A stretch of 64,000 nucleotides of DNA from Tubiluchus corallicola (taxonomy: Eukaryota; Animalia; Priapulida). The position numbers were made by a program, and so were the translations under genes. Numbering within the stretch: position 1 is the stretch's first letter; each line of letters opens with the position of its first letter. Where the stretch lies: NCBI GenBank assembly GCA_030141605.1, contig JAQGDQ010000548.1, positions 1-64,000 of the forward strand, written 5' to 3'. The notes under the pieces were generated by a model, which saw only the letters and a program-made list of their open reading frames with translations, searched no databases and had not been told where the DNA came from. This document shows, one piece after another, positions 1-14,353 of the stretch.

Positions 1-311
1 TGACAACAATATAGGCATAAAGAAAAGTTTTGTTCTCGGACTTTATCTGGTAACACTTGTCTATGAGAAATTACATGTTTAGACGCGCTTTAAAATTTAA
101 TGAATTGTATGTACGTTAAAAATCCAATTAAATGCGCTTGTTTTACTTCATTGTTTTTGAAACTGCGAAACTGTATTAGTTATTATCATCATCGTCCTCG
201 TCGTCGTCGTTGTCGTCATCATCATCATCAACATCAACATGTATTTAAATAAAACAATAAAAATGCACATAATGAACTTTGTGTGTGTCTAATATATAGA
301 TGTGTTATCTA

Positions 312-441
<130 letters not shown>

Positions 442-639
442 GATCACTTTAAAGGTTATGACTGGACGCTATACATAGACCTACAGAAGTTATGAAGCAG
501 TTGTTTTCAAACGTCACAAAACCACTTTACAATCATGCACATGTATTTACGAGAGAAACGCTTAGAAAAGCTCCAAGTTCCTCCTACCTGTAGCTCATAC
601 TGTCAAAACAAGAAAGTGAAGGCGGCGAGCTAAGTCGTC

Positions 640-716
640 TTATTTCCACTGTCTTAACGTCTCCATCTGCTTGATCATTTCCTCTGTCCAAGGATGGAAC
701 TGATAGTCTTGAGCGG
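640..716 (-). CDS. Candidate terminal exon of an uncharacterised - strand gene
   Basis: strong ttttttcttctttag acceptor; AQDYQFHPWTEEMIKQMETLRQWK* in phase 1 (an alternative open frame runs to a donor after 588). Confidence 0.45.
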
Positions 717-2257
717 CTAAAGAAGAAAAAAGCGCTGGGCTTTAGTAATCAGACAGTCACTATGGAGCAACTACAGATTTCTTCGTGTAAAAACGACTTG
801 ATTATGTTTAACACCTGTAGTTCTCTTTGTGTACTACATTTAAACTCCACAACATCAAATATGTTTAATATGCAGCAATTGTCGTTTTATCTGTAATAAT
901 AAATTACAGCAATAAGTTTTTAACAAAAAACATAAGTTTGATACAGGTAAATTACTAAATTAGGTTACGTGATTTTTGCCTATAATTATACAAAAAAAAT
1001 AACAGCGAAATAGTCCTAATTGCATAAAGCAGTTCAATAAACATAATTAGACACTTACATGTGGTCTCCCTGAGTTTTGGCGCTTATAACTTGCAAAAAA
1101 GCAGTAGAAATCAATTCACAACATTCACATCATATCAACTTGAACTGCATACCAGGTAATGTCTACCTGGCCAACTATCTGGTCACATGACTGATGACAG
1201 TTAAAGGGGCAAGACCAAATTTAACAGGTAAGGAAACGCGTATGTGCATAACACTTTGATTGTTTTTTATATATCAATTTTTTATCACTTTAACTGATGA
1301 ACGACCAGTAAATGGCGGACTTCTATTTCTCGAGGAGGAAAAACGTTGAGTGAATGTAGATAATTCAGACTGTTTGGATAGCTAATCTGATCGGTGATTA
1401 CAAATGCCTAATTTTATATTACCAAACAATTTTAAAATAATGGATCGCATGCTGAAAATTTACAGGACTGAAAGGAATGTCTGAGATTGATCAATTATGA
1501 CATTTTTCACAAGTTCTTGACCTGGCAGAAAGACCCCAAATCAGAGTCTGATCGATATTTAAAGGATTTTGAAACATTATCTCTGACATTTAAAACAAAG
1601 CCAAGAGGGCGGATTGAAAACTAAACTTTTTAACAAAGCGATTGACGATCATTAATCGATAATCAATAAAAATCTCCTAAAACACCAAAAATTGACTTGT
1701 GGTGAATAAATCAGAATTTCAGAAAATTACAACAGTATTCTATAAAATTACTTATCAATAAATAAAGAAAGGCGTCCATGGACAATTTACAGGTATTTTT
1801 TAAATGATTAGTACTAAATATACACAATAAAACAATCACAGTATAGAATCACTGGTCGATATTATTCTGGGCAGATTTGTTGAAATATTCTCAACTGATT
1901 ATTATAGAACTTCATAAATGCCACACTATCAGTCTCTGCCCAACTGGATGCAAGTAATTGATCCAAAAAATCGTCAGAATAAGTCAACTCTGCCCATTTC
2001 TTGTTCAAAAGGTATGTTCATTAGCCGAACTGAAGAAATGGCGGTCATCTTGGAATTTCGAATCTTTAACTCACGTTTTTTCATGAAAAAGAGACTCCAG
2101 TTGATTATTCAGGACAAATTTGATGCTTTCATTGCAATTACCCACAGCAAGAGTACAGAAAAACCCATTGCCAAATTAATTTAATCAAATGAAATTACCA
2201 AATGCTGCAATATTTTGACCATTGCTTTAGAGATGAGTCACTGATATGACTACTTAC

Positions 2258-2832
2258 CAGGACTAGATTACCCTATAGGCTGGTATAGGCTGCTTGAGGG
2301 GCCCTGCTAAAAGATTTTAATTTTTTATTATGATTACTTACTCGGGCTAGATTCCCCTGTAGGCTAGTATAGGCTGCTTGAGGGGCCCTGCTAAAAGATT
2401 TTAAATTTTTTATTATGATTACTAACTCGGGCTAGATTCCCCTATAGGCTAGTATAGGCTGCTTGAGGGGCCCTGCTAAAAGATTTTGATTTTTTTAAAA
2501 ATGAGTAGAATGTTTTAATATTTTGCGTTGCTGAATAATTTCTTTAACTTAAAATGAAATTTCAACTTAAAAAAGGTGGCCTGGGAGTCTGAAAACCCAA
2601 TTTTAAAAAAGGTGGCCCCCGTTTGTGTCCCTTACTTGAGATAAAAGGCCCGTGTTTGAGGCCTTTTACTTGAACAAAAAGGCCCCAGTTTCGAGTCCTA
2701 TTTGTAAATCATGGGGCACCAGTCTCAGTCCAAGTTTGTTTACCTTGCGGGCGAATTAGAGGATGGATCCGTCTGAAGGGGGATCATAATTTCGTTAGCC
2801 TAGGGGCCTCAAAAGGCCACAACCCGACCTTG
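2258..2832. mobile_element. hAT-type MITE with triplicated left end
   Basis: 8-bp TSD ctacttac (2250-2257, 2833-2840); CA...TG termini with degenerate TIRs; three tandem units of about 85 bp at 2260-2495. Confidence 0.75.
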
Positions 2833-2840
2833 CTACTTAC

Positions 2841-2897
2841 TTTTGATATAAACATTTTCACAGCCTATCTTTGCTGGTATTTTTTGCTCGACAATGA
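2841..2897 (-). CDS. Candidate internal exon of the - strand gene
   Basis: tattacag acceptor and gtaagtag donor; phase 1 to 1; IVEQKIPAKIGCENVYIK. Confidence 0.5.
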
Positions 2898-4543
2898 CTG
2901 TAATATAATAAAATATTATTAACTAAAATAGTCAAACGAAGCAAGTTTGATATTTTTAGTCCTATACAGATATCACACGGCTGCAATTAAATCTCAGCTG
3001 CACAAGTTGGCACTAATTAATTGAAACATACTAACACACCTGATATTATAACCGTCCGTCAGTACAGCAGGAGATGGAACGTTTAAAGAATCCATAATGG
3101 AGGCTGTTTGTTTCTTGTCCATCATTTTCATGTGTAAAACTCACCGCTGCTCAACTTTCAATGCATTTGTGTTAAACTATAGAAGAATTAACATGTACAA
3201 ATTAATGTACTGACGTACTTGTTATTAACAAGTATTCATACTATTTACTTTTTAACCATTAGTATATGAAATTGTATTTTCTGTCTATTTACTTTGTCAA
3301 AAAACCTCTCTTGCTAATCACTGAACATTTTGCAGCTTTGCGTACCACACTCACCACACCAATCACACCATACCACAGCCACCACACCACACCTAACCCA
3401 CCACAACATTACATGGTGATCATGATGATAATGACAATGATGATGATGACGACGACGATGAGAACACGAACAACACCAACACCAACAGTACAGCATCGTA
3501 GCAAAAGCTTGCCAAACATTTCTGCACAAAATTGAAATTGTATGCTATAACAAAAGCTTTAAGACCCATCCACAATGATCAATAATGCACAGACATTCTA
3601 CACAGTGTTTGCAAACCTCTCTTTTCCTTATGCCTTTTCATCTAAATAATTCAGGTGTTTTGTCATTTTCAACTTCTTTCACTCACTTTAATAGCTCAGT
3701 CTGTCAAACTCTCGTCAGTTTTATTTTAACAGGAGATTAAACCTAAACTTCTTTGCTACTCGTCAAAGACTTTGTTTATTTAAAACCGTCTCTGTCCAGA
3801 TGCGCCTTTTGAACAGGAGCATTAGACACTTAACACGCCGCTGTAATTAACGCTAATGGAACGTCATCCGATTACTATGTATAAATATAAAACTTGTTGA
3901 CGAGGAAAATTTTAATTTAAAAACGCACTAGACTGGTAAAACAGCAATTGACAAGGAAGCAATTGTAAAGAAAGCTCTAGTCTTATTTGACAGCAGATAA
4001 AACTGTAAGGATTTTATAACGGCTGTATTTTGTTACATATATAAGCGTTACTTTTTAATTTTAGGCCAATTTTAGTTCATCTGTTGATGAATCAGTAAAG
4101 TGCTGATACCATAGCAACGTCCAGAAACATCTCCAGGTATTAAAACGAGTCGTAATTGCACACTTTGAAGCAAAAAATATCTTCGTTTTGCACTATTCTC
4201 ATATTTTCACAGAACATTAAAGCTATGACCACATATCCAACGGTACAGTATTTTGAACCTTTTGCACAAATTCATACGTAGCACTAAAACAAAGATTCAG
4301 TGTAGGGTGTTTATACCATGTCCACATATGCTGACGGCACACTCGACTGCTTGAGAATGTTTACTATATCGTATTTGGTTGTTTACGTCTCGTATTTGGT
4401 TGTTTACGTCTCGTATTTGGTTGTTTACGCCTTTTCACGTTTCACTGGTTAGATCCGCGCCACTTTTACTCGAACCTGTGAGGAAAAATAACCAATTAAT
4501 TAATCATCATTAAGGACAAGCGAACTGAAAAATTACTGTAATC

Positions 4544-5395
4544 GTTACACAACGTAATAGAATTACAGAAAGCTGTGAATTAAACCAAATAGCACATCAG
4601 TTACACAACGTAATAGAATTACAGAAAGCTGTGAATTAAACCAAACAGCACATCAGTTACAGAACGTAATAGAATTACAGAAAGCTGTGAATTAAACCAA
4701 ATAGCACATCAGTTACACAACGTAATAGAATTACAGAAAGCTGTGAATTAAACCAAACAGCACATCAGTTACAGAACGTAATAGAATTACAGAAAGCTGT
4801 GAATTAAACCAAATAGCACATCAGTTACACAACGTAATAGAATTACAGAAAGCTGTGAATTAAACCAAATAGCACATCAGTTACAGAACGTAATAGAATT
4901 ACAGAAAGCTGTGAATTAAACCAAATAGCACATCAGTTACACAACGTAATAGAATTACAGAAAGCTGTGAATTAAACCAAATAGCACATCAGTTACAGAA
5001 CGTAATAGAATTACAAAAAAGCTGTGAATTAAACCAAATAGCACATCAGTTACAGAACGTAATAGAATTACAGAAAACTGTGAATTAAACCAAATAGCAC
5101 ATCAGTTACAGAACGTAATAGAATTACAGAAAGCTGTGAATTAAACCAAATAGCACATCTGTTACACAACGTAATAGAATTACAGAAAGCTGTGAATTAA
5201 ACCGCATAGCACATCAGTTACAGAACGTAATAGAATTACAGAAAGCTGTGAATTAAACCAAATAGCACATCAGTTACACAACGTAATAGAATTACAGAAA
5301 GCTGTGAATTAAACCAAATAGCACATCAGTTACAGAACGTAATAGAATTACAGAAAGCTGTGAATTAAACCAAATAGCACATCAGTTACAGAACT
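4544..5395. repeat. 56-bp minisatellite, about 15 copies
   Basis: gttacacaacgtaatagaattacagaaagctgtgaattaaaccaaatagcacatca, near-identical units. Confidence 0.97.
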
Positions 5396-5774
5396 TTGCA
5401 GCATCACTTACAAGCATGGATGGCTTCCTATCCAAGGTTATAAGTTATAAAACTCTAGTAACGGAAGAAGCCAACAGCGTTTATAATTCTATAAGGATGT
5501 GTGAACACCCCTGGCGACCGGGCAGAGGCGTCTTCAAATATCATTACAACGTAAAACATTAGACAGAAAAATAAGTTCAACAAACTGCTGAAGGTTCCGT
5601 AATAATAATGTTGTTTATAAGTTACCTAGCGGCTCTAGGCGCTTAATTAATTACAAAAATCTAATCCGATTAGCTAGTAATTACCCTAGCGTGAGCAAAT
5701 TAATACCAATAAATGCTAGTTCGATTGGTCAGCTATTCGATTAAATTATGGCTTAATTACTTTGTTCACGAAAA

Positions 5775-5860
5775 GCTGTGTGGTCTAGTAAGCACAGTAC
5801 TGAACTTGTAAGCCAAAAGTCCCTGATTCAAATCCATGCTCGTTCCTAGATTTTTCACAT
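5775..5860 (+). mobile_element. tRNA-derived SINE-like head
   Basis: A-box-like tggtctagtaag and B-box-like gattcaaatcc; no intact cloverleaf; related to 44660-44792. Confidence 0.55.
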
Positions 5861-7639
5861 TTTTTATTCTATCATTGTTACAGTGATTGTGTGTTTATTT
5901 CGCCATTAATAGTAATCTTACGATTAACATTATAAGTTATTAAAATCCATAGTAATTAATGATTTGCTGACAGCTTCTTGTACTAATAAAAATTCGTATA
6001 AATTTTTCTTGATGCGTTCCAGATTTATCATTTTTGTTTCCACTCAAAGACCCTAAATACACACCCAGTTTCTTGGCTTATGACATCATAGCCTATTATT
6101 GTACCTTTGTAAAACATGTAAGTTTGAGTTTGATTGTAACAGAATGAAAGGCTAAAATCACAAACCTTAATCACGATCAGAAATTTCTAAATCGTGCAGC
6201 TTAATATGAACTTTATACTAAATTAACGGTAACATTTAATATTGAAAAATAGTCGGCACAATGATGCTTAAAGCACAAGAAAACCCTCCACTTATATAAA
6301 ACTTAAAAATTCATCTTGAACTTTTATGCCACTTACATACTGCCTTTTTGCATGCAGGGCTTGCGTCAGCAGTAATACTTGAAAATTTAAACTCCCGCGA
6401 TGACCGTTAGGCGCAGCCATTTAAATGGTAGGTCGTTTGAAACAACTTTAGATAACATTGCGTTGAAAAAATAATTAGAACTTTTATACGAATCGTAGCA
6501 CACATGTTACTAAGTAAAATTTTAAATTACTGTATCTTGTCAATAAGATTAAAAATACGTTTATGGCTAGTGGAGAGTGAGCCAGGATATTTTACCGATT
6601 GGCTTAAACTTTTTAAATTATTATTTCTAATTACACAAGTCTTTCCAGCAGGCAAGCAAAATGCTAAGTAATATAGATTTTCATGGAAAGTTTTTTGAGA
6701 AAGCATGGAGATTTAAAATGAAAACAAACAAAAATCCTTTGAACGCGAGTTCGATATATGCATAAAATTGCTGTAAAGTAATATAATTTTTAAAACAATT
6801 TTTCTAAAGCCTACTTCAGATATTCTTTTTCTGGTCGTTTAAGCCCACCACTGTTCTTGAAACCAAGCAAACTTTAACAAAGACTGGTTAAATGGATGAC
6901 AATGACACCTACGCAAAAAGATGAATGATGGACAGCGCCTTAGTGATTGACACTTTCACCCTAAAGCATCGATCGTCCATAATGAATCAGTGAAAGTCAA
7001 TGCCGTCTGACAAGATTCAGCAATTTAACTTCGTCAAATGTAATGGAAAGCTATAATTTATTATGGCGTATCCACGATAGGTTGGCACGTAACTCTATTC
7101 CTTGATTAGTGCTCTTACCAACTGAAATACCTTCTTTGGGCAAAAAAAAGCAGTAATAAACCTACACCGCTTTCAACTAAACACTAGACGAATTGTAAGT
7201 AGACTGGTTACCACACTAGTCATTCTCTGTTTGGTCTGCAACTTTTAAATTTCTGTAGGCAGCTGATAAACTCTACTACCACGAGTTAATAAGAGAACCG
7301 TGATTGTGCAAAGTTACAGTCAATTTACTGTCACAATGACTAAGAACGACCGACTTCTCAGAGGACTTGAGATTATAGTTACAGAAATGAAGTGTGATTA
7401 TTAATGACACGGTTGAAATAGACGCCACAACTCGCGTGGCATAGTGATATTATGACAGTCGAACCTATTCATCATCTTAAATGAAAAGAAAATGGTAGAT
7501 AAATTATATCCCAGAGAACTTTTCCATATAAAGTAAAATTGCTTAGCATTGTTTATCAACTTAAAGGAGAAGAAAGAGGACTTTAAATATCTTAAAGAAC
7601 TTTCCATGCAAAATTATGTTGCTTAGTATTTACGCTTAC

Positions 7640-7701
7640 CTGTTTGAAATACTTTTGTAATTAGGAAAGAATACACTACATCACCACCCCAGTGTGCACC
7701 A
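7640..7701 (-). CDS. Candidate internal exon of the - strand gene
   Basis: atcag acceptor, CAG|gtaagc donor; phase 2 to 1; GAHWGGDVVYSFLITKVFQT. Confidence 0.45.
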
Positions 7702-8055
7702 CTGATTCACCAAAAAATCTTTATTGATCTTATTTCAATATAAAGTAATTTAAGCTTTTGTTTAATTAGCGAAGAGTGTCTTACAAATACTCTGATTATT
7801 TCTTTCAATGCAAAGTTATTTAAGCTCTAACGCTCCAAAAGACTTGCCATCAAAATGGCTGCGCCTAACGCTCATCGCGGGGAATCTAAATTTTCAAGTT
7901 TTATATAGCGCTACTGCTGAGCAAAGTGTGCAGTTAGACAACATGTAAGTGACACAAAAGTTTAAAACGAATTTTCTAAGTTTTATTTAAGTTGTCTTGC
8001 GCTTTTAGCCAAACTCATTTTTGTTCGTTTTTGGTCCGTATAAAATGAAAAATTA

Positions 8056-8668
8056 ATCCCTCCTTGCAGCTAGTCGAGGTGGACACAATGTCGTGGAGCG
8101 AGTCCCTCCTCACCGCTAGTCGAGGTGGACACAATGTCGTGGAGTGAATCTCTCCTCACAGCTAGTCGAGGTGTACACAATGTCGTGGAATGAATCCCTC
8201 CTTGCAGCTAGTCGAGGTGGACACAATGTCGCTGAGCGAATCCCTCCTTGCAGGTAGTCGAGGTGGACACAATGTCGTGGAGTGAATCCCTCCTTGCGAC
8301 TAGTCGAGGTGGACACAATGTCGCTGAGCGAATCCCTCCTTGCAACTAGTCGAGGTGGACACATTGTCGCTGAGCGAATCCCTCCTTGCAACTAGTCGAG
8401 GTGGACACAATGTCATGGAGTGAATCCCTCCTTCCGACTAGTCGAGGTGGACACAATGTCGTTGAGCGAATCCCTCCTTGCAACTAGTCGAGGTGGACAC
8501 AATGTCATTTCTCTTTCCGGCTAGTAGAGGTGGACACAATGTCATCTCTCTTTCCGGCTAGTCGAGGTGGACACAATGTCGTGGAGTGAATCTCTCCTTG
8601 CGGATAGTCCAGGTGGACACAATGTCGTGGAGTGAATCTCTCCTTGTGGCTAGTCGAGGTGGACTCAC
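8056..8668. repeat. 46-bp minisatellite, about 13 copies
   Basis: tccctccttgcagctagtcgaggtggacacaatgtcgtggagtgaa. Confidence 0.95.
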
Positions 8669-8737
8669 TGCTCATTCAGAAGAAAAGGGTCGGCAGACGG
8701 AGCTTCAAAGGCGGCCTTTAATTGGAATCTTTGTTCT
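8669..8737 (-). CDS. Candidate internal exon of the - strand gene
   Basis: ttttgcag acceptor and gtgagt donor; phase 2 to 2; EQRFQLKAAFEAPSADPFLLNE. Confidence 0.5.
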
Positions 8738-9432
8738 CTGCAAAAGTGTCGTGAAAGAACACCACCAAAAAGAGATCTCTAATTAAGTGGATCTCCGCTT
8801 ACTAATTTTGTTAACAATTACAGTTAAAAGATTTCTGTTAGTGCGATACAATGGGGCATTTTGAAGCGATTAACTTATTTTAATCCGTAGATCTGTGTTG
8901 CTAAGCGACTGCCTGACCGACCGACTAAAATCCTGAGAAACTGAATAGTTTGTCGACTATATGATTGATTAAAGCTAAGTTTATTACAGGATGACTGGTG
9001 TGTATAACCAGTAGCGTGCGGGGGTGAGGGGCAAGGGGTGCAGTGGCCCCGGGCATCCACATAGGGAAGGCATCCAATCAAAGGGTGAACAAAGTGTTTA
9101 TCTCATGTTTCATCTTTACCTATTTAAAATGTCTTACTTTTCACATTTCTCAGTACTAAGCCCTATAGACCCCCTACTTGAGTCTTAACGGCATGTAAAC
9201 AAGGAGTTGGACCCGGGTATCACCAAACCTCTGCACGCTGTATAATCTAACCCTGTATGACAACTCCATCTCAACCTGATAAGGAAATGTCACAGCAAAT
9301 TACAGCTGCAAATTGGTCTCTCAGCCATGAAGGTAGATCGCATAAACAAAAGACTATCAAAACGAACATCAGCGTGGTTACAGACAGAAGACATCTCGTC
9401 TCTACAAATGTAGTCCAACGTTTTCTTTCGCA

Positions 9433-9646
<214 letters not shown>

Positions 9647-10394
9647 AAAACTAATATATACAAGAAGGTATCCATCGATTTGGATGGAGTTGTTCTACAT
9701 GTAAATAAAACTTGAATATATTAAGACATATCACAGATATAGAGTTACAAAAATCAAATGTTTACTGATAATGTTACACAAAAGGACACGACATTAATTT
9801 GAAATTAAACAAAGCTGACTGGCACACAACACTAATAGAGACTACATTGACAATGTAGATATACAGTTTTCATAGGCCTATTTTGTTAAATTTCAATGCA
9901 TCTACCGAATTACATGGAGAATAGATTGACAGATACCAAAACAGACGTACGAGTCAGTTAATAATTTAAGTTGAACAAAGCTGGCTTACATACGTAATTA
10001 GCACAGGGTTTAATTTCAACTTCAATTTCGTTTGCAAAAAGACGGGTAATTTAATCATGTTTAGTTAGACAGACATTTCATACATTTCATCAGACAGTCA
10101 TTGCAATTACGAACAACGTTAATTCCTATTCGAGTTATGCAAGTAAAAACCAAAAAATAATTCATATGACGTCACTCTTACAACAACCAACATGGCTTTA
10201 CGATTTTCTTTCAAGTTTATTGCGTGTCACACCTGAACAAATGAAAATGGGCTTAATTAAGATGGGATTTAGTTCCAGTTGAACAAGATGTACCTGTTTG
10301 AGCATATTGGAACACAATAGCCATTGGTAGGTATTTTAAGGTATATTAAATATATATGGTATTATGGCATATGGTATTATTGTATATGTACAGA

Positions 10395-10408
10395 CATCAT
10401 CATCATCG

Positions 10409-10456
<48 letters not shown>

Positions 10457-10612
10457 CCATCATCATCATCATTATCATCATCATCATCATCATCACCATC
10501 ATCATCATCATTATCATCATCATCAACAACAACAACAACGACAACATCGTCATTATAGCTGATACCACCACCACCACCACCACCTTCACCACCACCACCA
10601 CCACCATCATCC

Positions 10613-10678
<66 letters not shown>

Positions 10679-10705
10679 CCATCATCAGAATCATCATCAT
10701 CATCA
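10395..10705. repeat. (CAT)n/(CAC)n compound microsatellite
   Basis: direct reading. Confidence 0.97.
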
Positions 10706-11595
10706 GAAATCAAGTCCAGTAACTGATATGCCATGCATGGGACAACACGCCGTGTTACAAAAATGGCTAGCATATTGTCTATTGTACTAAATGTAACATA
10801 CTGTAATTCCATTTTTTATTAAATTTAAAGCTGAAAATAATACTAAATAAGTATCCTGATATTGATCTCTTCACAATAGCGGAATGTTTCTGATGTGTTG
10901 CAAGTGATAAAAAGTGACATTCGGGAAGTGGTCTGTAGTTCGTAGCAGAAGTATGTGGTAAATGTAACATCTGTAAACTGCTGCACACCATCATTTGCAG
11001 GAGCATTATGAAATCTACAGTCTTGTAATTGTCCAAGTAATGAACTTGTAGAACCCATAAGGCACCCGCGAAACCCATTAAATATCATTAAGCCCTATGA
11101 TGCCACTATCTAGTTGAAGCTATGAACTCGGAGAAAGGGGTGACATGCAGGGAACTCAAACAAACGTTTTTTTCTATCGCATTTACCAGTTTTCTTGCAA
11201 TACAATATCTACTACAATTTTCTCTTACTCAAGTACTCATTATTGTACACAACCTTTTGGCAGTGGAGCTCGGAGACAACGAGTAACATGACATTACTAT
11301 TCATTGCATCAAAATGTTGCTGAAATTGTTGCCATAGCAAGACTTTACGACGCCCTAACCTAAAAGTTTTGCCCCGCCCATCTCTCTTTGGTGTCCGCAA
11401 AGTAAAAAACACCCATCAATAAACCACTCAGTATATGAATGAGTTTTAATCCCTCTGAGAAATTGACTTTCACTATTTTTGAGCCGTTTTGTGCTCCACT
11501 TTAATTCCCAACTAGTGAAAGCTTAATTATTAAAGAGTCAGCTTTTAAATCTTTCATTGTTTATCCGAAAATTCGTAGCCTGGCAGTATAACGTT

Positions 11596-11990
11596 CAGGG
11601 GCTTATCAAGACTTTACGACGCCCTAGGCTGATAGTTCTATCCCGCCCATCTCTATTGTGAATTTATGGCAATTACTTGTGGTGCATTAGAAACAATATT
11701 AACCCAGTTTCTACGTGGTCATTATTAATTACATTTCACACAGCGCTTATTTTAAGCAGGCTGCGCAACTGCTTGTTGTGTAACAGCTTGCACCTGTTCG
11801 TTATGTGGCACTTATGTAAAAGCTACCCTTAGTAACTGCCTGTGGTGTGTTATAAAATGCGCCCTTTACATGAATATAAAAGTATACACATTTTCCGAGG
11901 TGAATAAAAAATTTTTCTAAAATGTAACGTCCCTCAAACTTTAGCGCCCTAGGCGATAGCCTAATTAGCCTGTTGGTTAATACGCCCCTG
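11596..11990. mobile_element. MITE with CAGGGGC-type TIRs
   Basis: caggggcttatcaa / ttaatacgcccctg; related fragments at 11338-11385 and 38892-39045; no TSD seen. Confidence 0.7.
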
Positions 11991-12414
11991 TTTGCAAATC
12001 TACCAGATCTTCAAAGTTTATTGTGTAAGCTTTGGTTACGGCATGCAATCTTGAGGGGTAATTGGAGCAGCAACTAAAAGAGCTCAGGATCCTTCAACAC
12101 ACCTTGCTGATGTTTCACAAGGTTGTATCTTGAACACTGATCAATTCAATGACATGTTCTTGGATCATCTAAACGACTACTTTGTCTTTCAAGAGATCTC
12201 AGGGGGGGGGGTACTTAGTTGGTTCATATCCACCTTCCAAGCTATTTCCAAGCGATTCAGTTCAATCGAAAAACATTAATTCCAGAATTTTCAGGTCATT
12301 GCTCAGGTCATCCTCTTCAAGATCACAGGCTGTGCGAGACGTACGGAGGATTTACACTAAATTTTAATGTAATAAGTTACTTTGCGTTGTTACTTGTTGT
12401 TTTGTATCCCCTTG

Positions 12415-13506
12415 GCAAATGGTTATGTACCACCCTGTACAACGCGTGAAAATGGTTATGTACCACCCTGTACAACGCGTGAAAATGGTTATGTACACCC
12501 TGTACAACGAGTGAAAATGGTTATGTACCACCCTGTACAACGCGTGAAAATGGTTATGTACCACCCTGTACAACGCGTGAATATGGTTATGTACCACTCT
12601 GTATAACGTGTGAAAATGGTTATGAACCACCCTGTACAATGCGTGAAAATGGTTATGTACCACCCTGTACAACGCGTGAAAATGGTTATGTACCACCCTG
12701 TACAACATGTGAAAATGGTTATGTACCAGCCTGTACAAGGTGTGAAAATGGTTATGTACCACCCTGTGCAACGTGTGAAAATGATTATGTACCACCATGT
12801 ACAACGCGTGAAAATGGTTATGTACCACCCTGTACAACATGTGAAAATGGTTATGTACCAGCCTGTACAAGGTGTGAAAATGGTTATGAACCACCCTGTA
12901 CAACATGTGAAAATGGTTATGTACCAGCCTGTACAAGGTGTGAAAATGGTTATGTACCACCCTGTGCAACGTGTGAAAATGGTTATGTACCACCATGTAC
13001 AACACGTGAAAATGGTTATGTACCACCATGTACAACACGTGAAAATGGTTATGTACCACCCTGTACAACGCGTGAAAATGATTATGTACACCCTGTACAA
13101 GGCGTGAAAATGGTTATGTACCACCATGTACAACGCGTGAAAATGGTTATGTACACCCTGTACAACGCGTGAAAATGGTTATGTACCAGCCTGTACAACG
13201 CATGAAAATGGTTATGCACCACCCTGTACAACGCGTGAAAATGGTTATGTACCACCCTGTACAAGGTGGGAAAATGGTTATGTACCACCCTGTACAACGT
13301 GTGAAAATGGTTATGTACCACCATGTACAACACGTGAAAATGGTTATGTACCACCATGTACAACACGTGAAAATGGTTATGTACCACCCTGTACAACGCG
13401 TGAAAATGGTTATGTACCACCCTGTACAACGCGTAAAAATGGTTATGTACCCCTGTACAACGCGTAAAAATGGTTATGTACCCCTGTACAACGCGTGAAA
13501 ATGGTT
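12415..13506. repeat. 33-bp minisatellite, about 33 copies
   Basis: aaaatggttatgtaccaccctgtacaacgcgtg. Confidence 0.97.
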
Positions 13507-14353
13507 TATCTTCTCAGCTTATCGCAGAAGATTTCGTATTTAAAATGAGTTTGAAATGAATTCTAAAAAGTTTTGCATATCAACAATGACACTAAGTGCA
13601 TCACAATAAATTACTAAGAATTACTTAAAGGAGAGGTTTTCTGCTTTTCTATAACAACTAATGAACAATAATGATATTCGGATATTTTTATTTTTTCCTG
13701 TGACTTTTTTTCGTTAAGAGTGCTGTTTCCTGCTACAATTCAAATTCAAATTCAAATTTAATGATTTAACATATATCATAATCATATTAATTTTGAAATA
13801 CAATATATAATCAGTAAAGTAAACTAAACTAAACTAAACTAAACTGAAACTGATAACTGAAACTAAACTAAACTATAACTGAAACTAAACTAAACAAAAC
13901 AACATGGCAGTCACAACTAATGTCTAGATCAGCAGATAAACTGTATTTATACTAATTTCATGAAACAGTAAATTTGCAGTTGGCAGCAGTTTCTGATTTT
14001 GTATACTACGAAATCTAACACTTCAAGTAGCTAAAAAATGACTTTTTTGTGCGTTTCAGTTTGAAAAATGTTGTTTCATTTAAATTATAGATACCCTGCA
14101 TTTTATGTATAGGCCGTAAAAAAGGGTTAACAGAATTGTCACTTAGCTTAACGAAACGAGAGACAATAAGCAAATAAAGTGCACCGACGTAAAACACCTT
14201 AGAAATATAACAGAAGTTAGGCAAGCTAGCAGGCTGGCAGGCAGATGGGCAAACAGTCAGTCAGAAGATCGCAGAAACGCGCAGATGCTTTGCAATTTAC
14301 AGATTGGAAAATATTAACAGATATATAGGTTGCTGTAGATTCAATACAATTAC

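Noticed and set aside
4544-8668. Tandem arrays as CRISPR-like loci
   Set aside because: Units are contiguous with no unique spacers, no cas genes are present, and the context is eukaryotic.
10779-11412. Short - strand ORFs as further exons
   Set aside because: Splice phases could not be reconciled with neighbouring candidate exons and no motif was recognised.
12004-12329. - strand frame with four in-frame TGA codons (selenoprotein or LRR pseudogene idea)
   Set aside because: It also has a TAG, and five stops in about 108 codons is close to chance; no SECIS or firm family motif recognised.
12364-13498. Cys-rich (ENGYVPPCTT) and His-rich repeat ORFs resembling metal-binding proteins
   Set aside because: 33-bp minisatellite open in several frames on both strands, with 1-nt deletion variants that shift frame.
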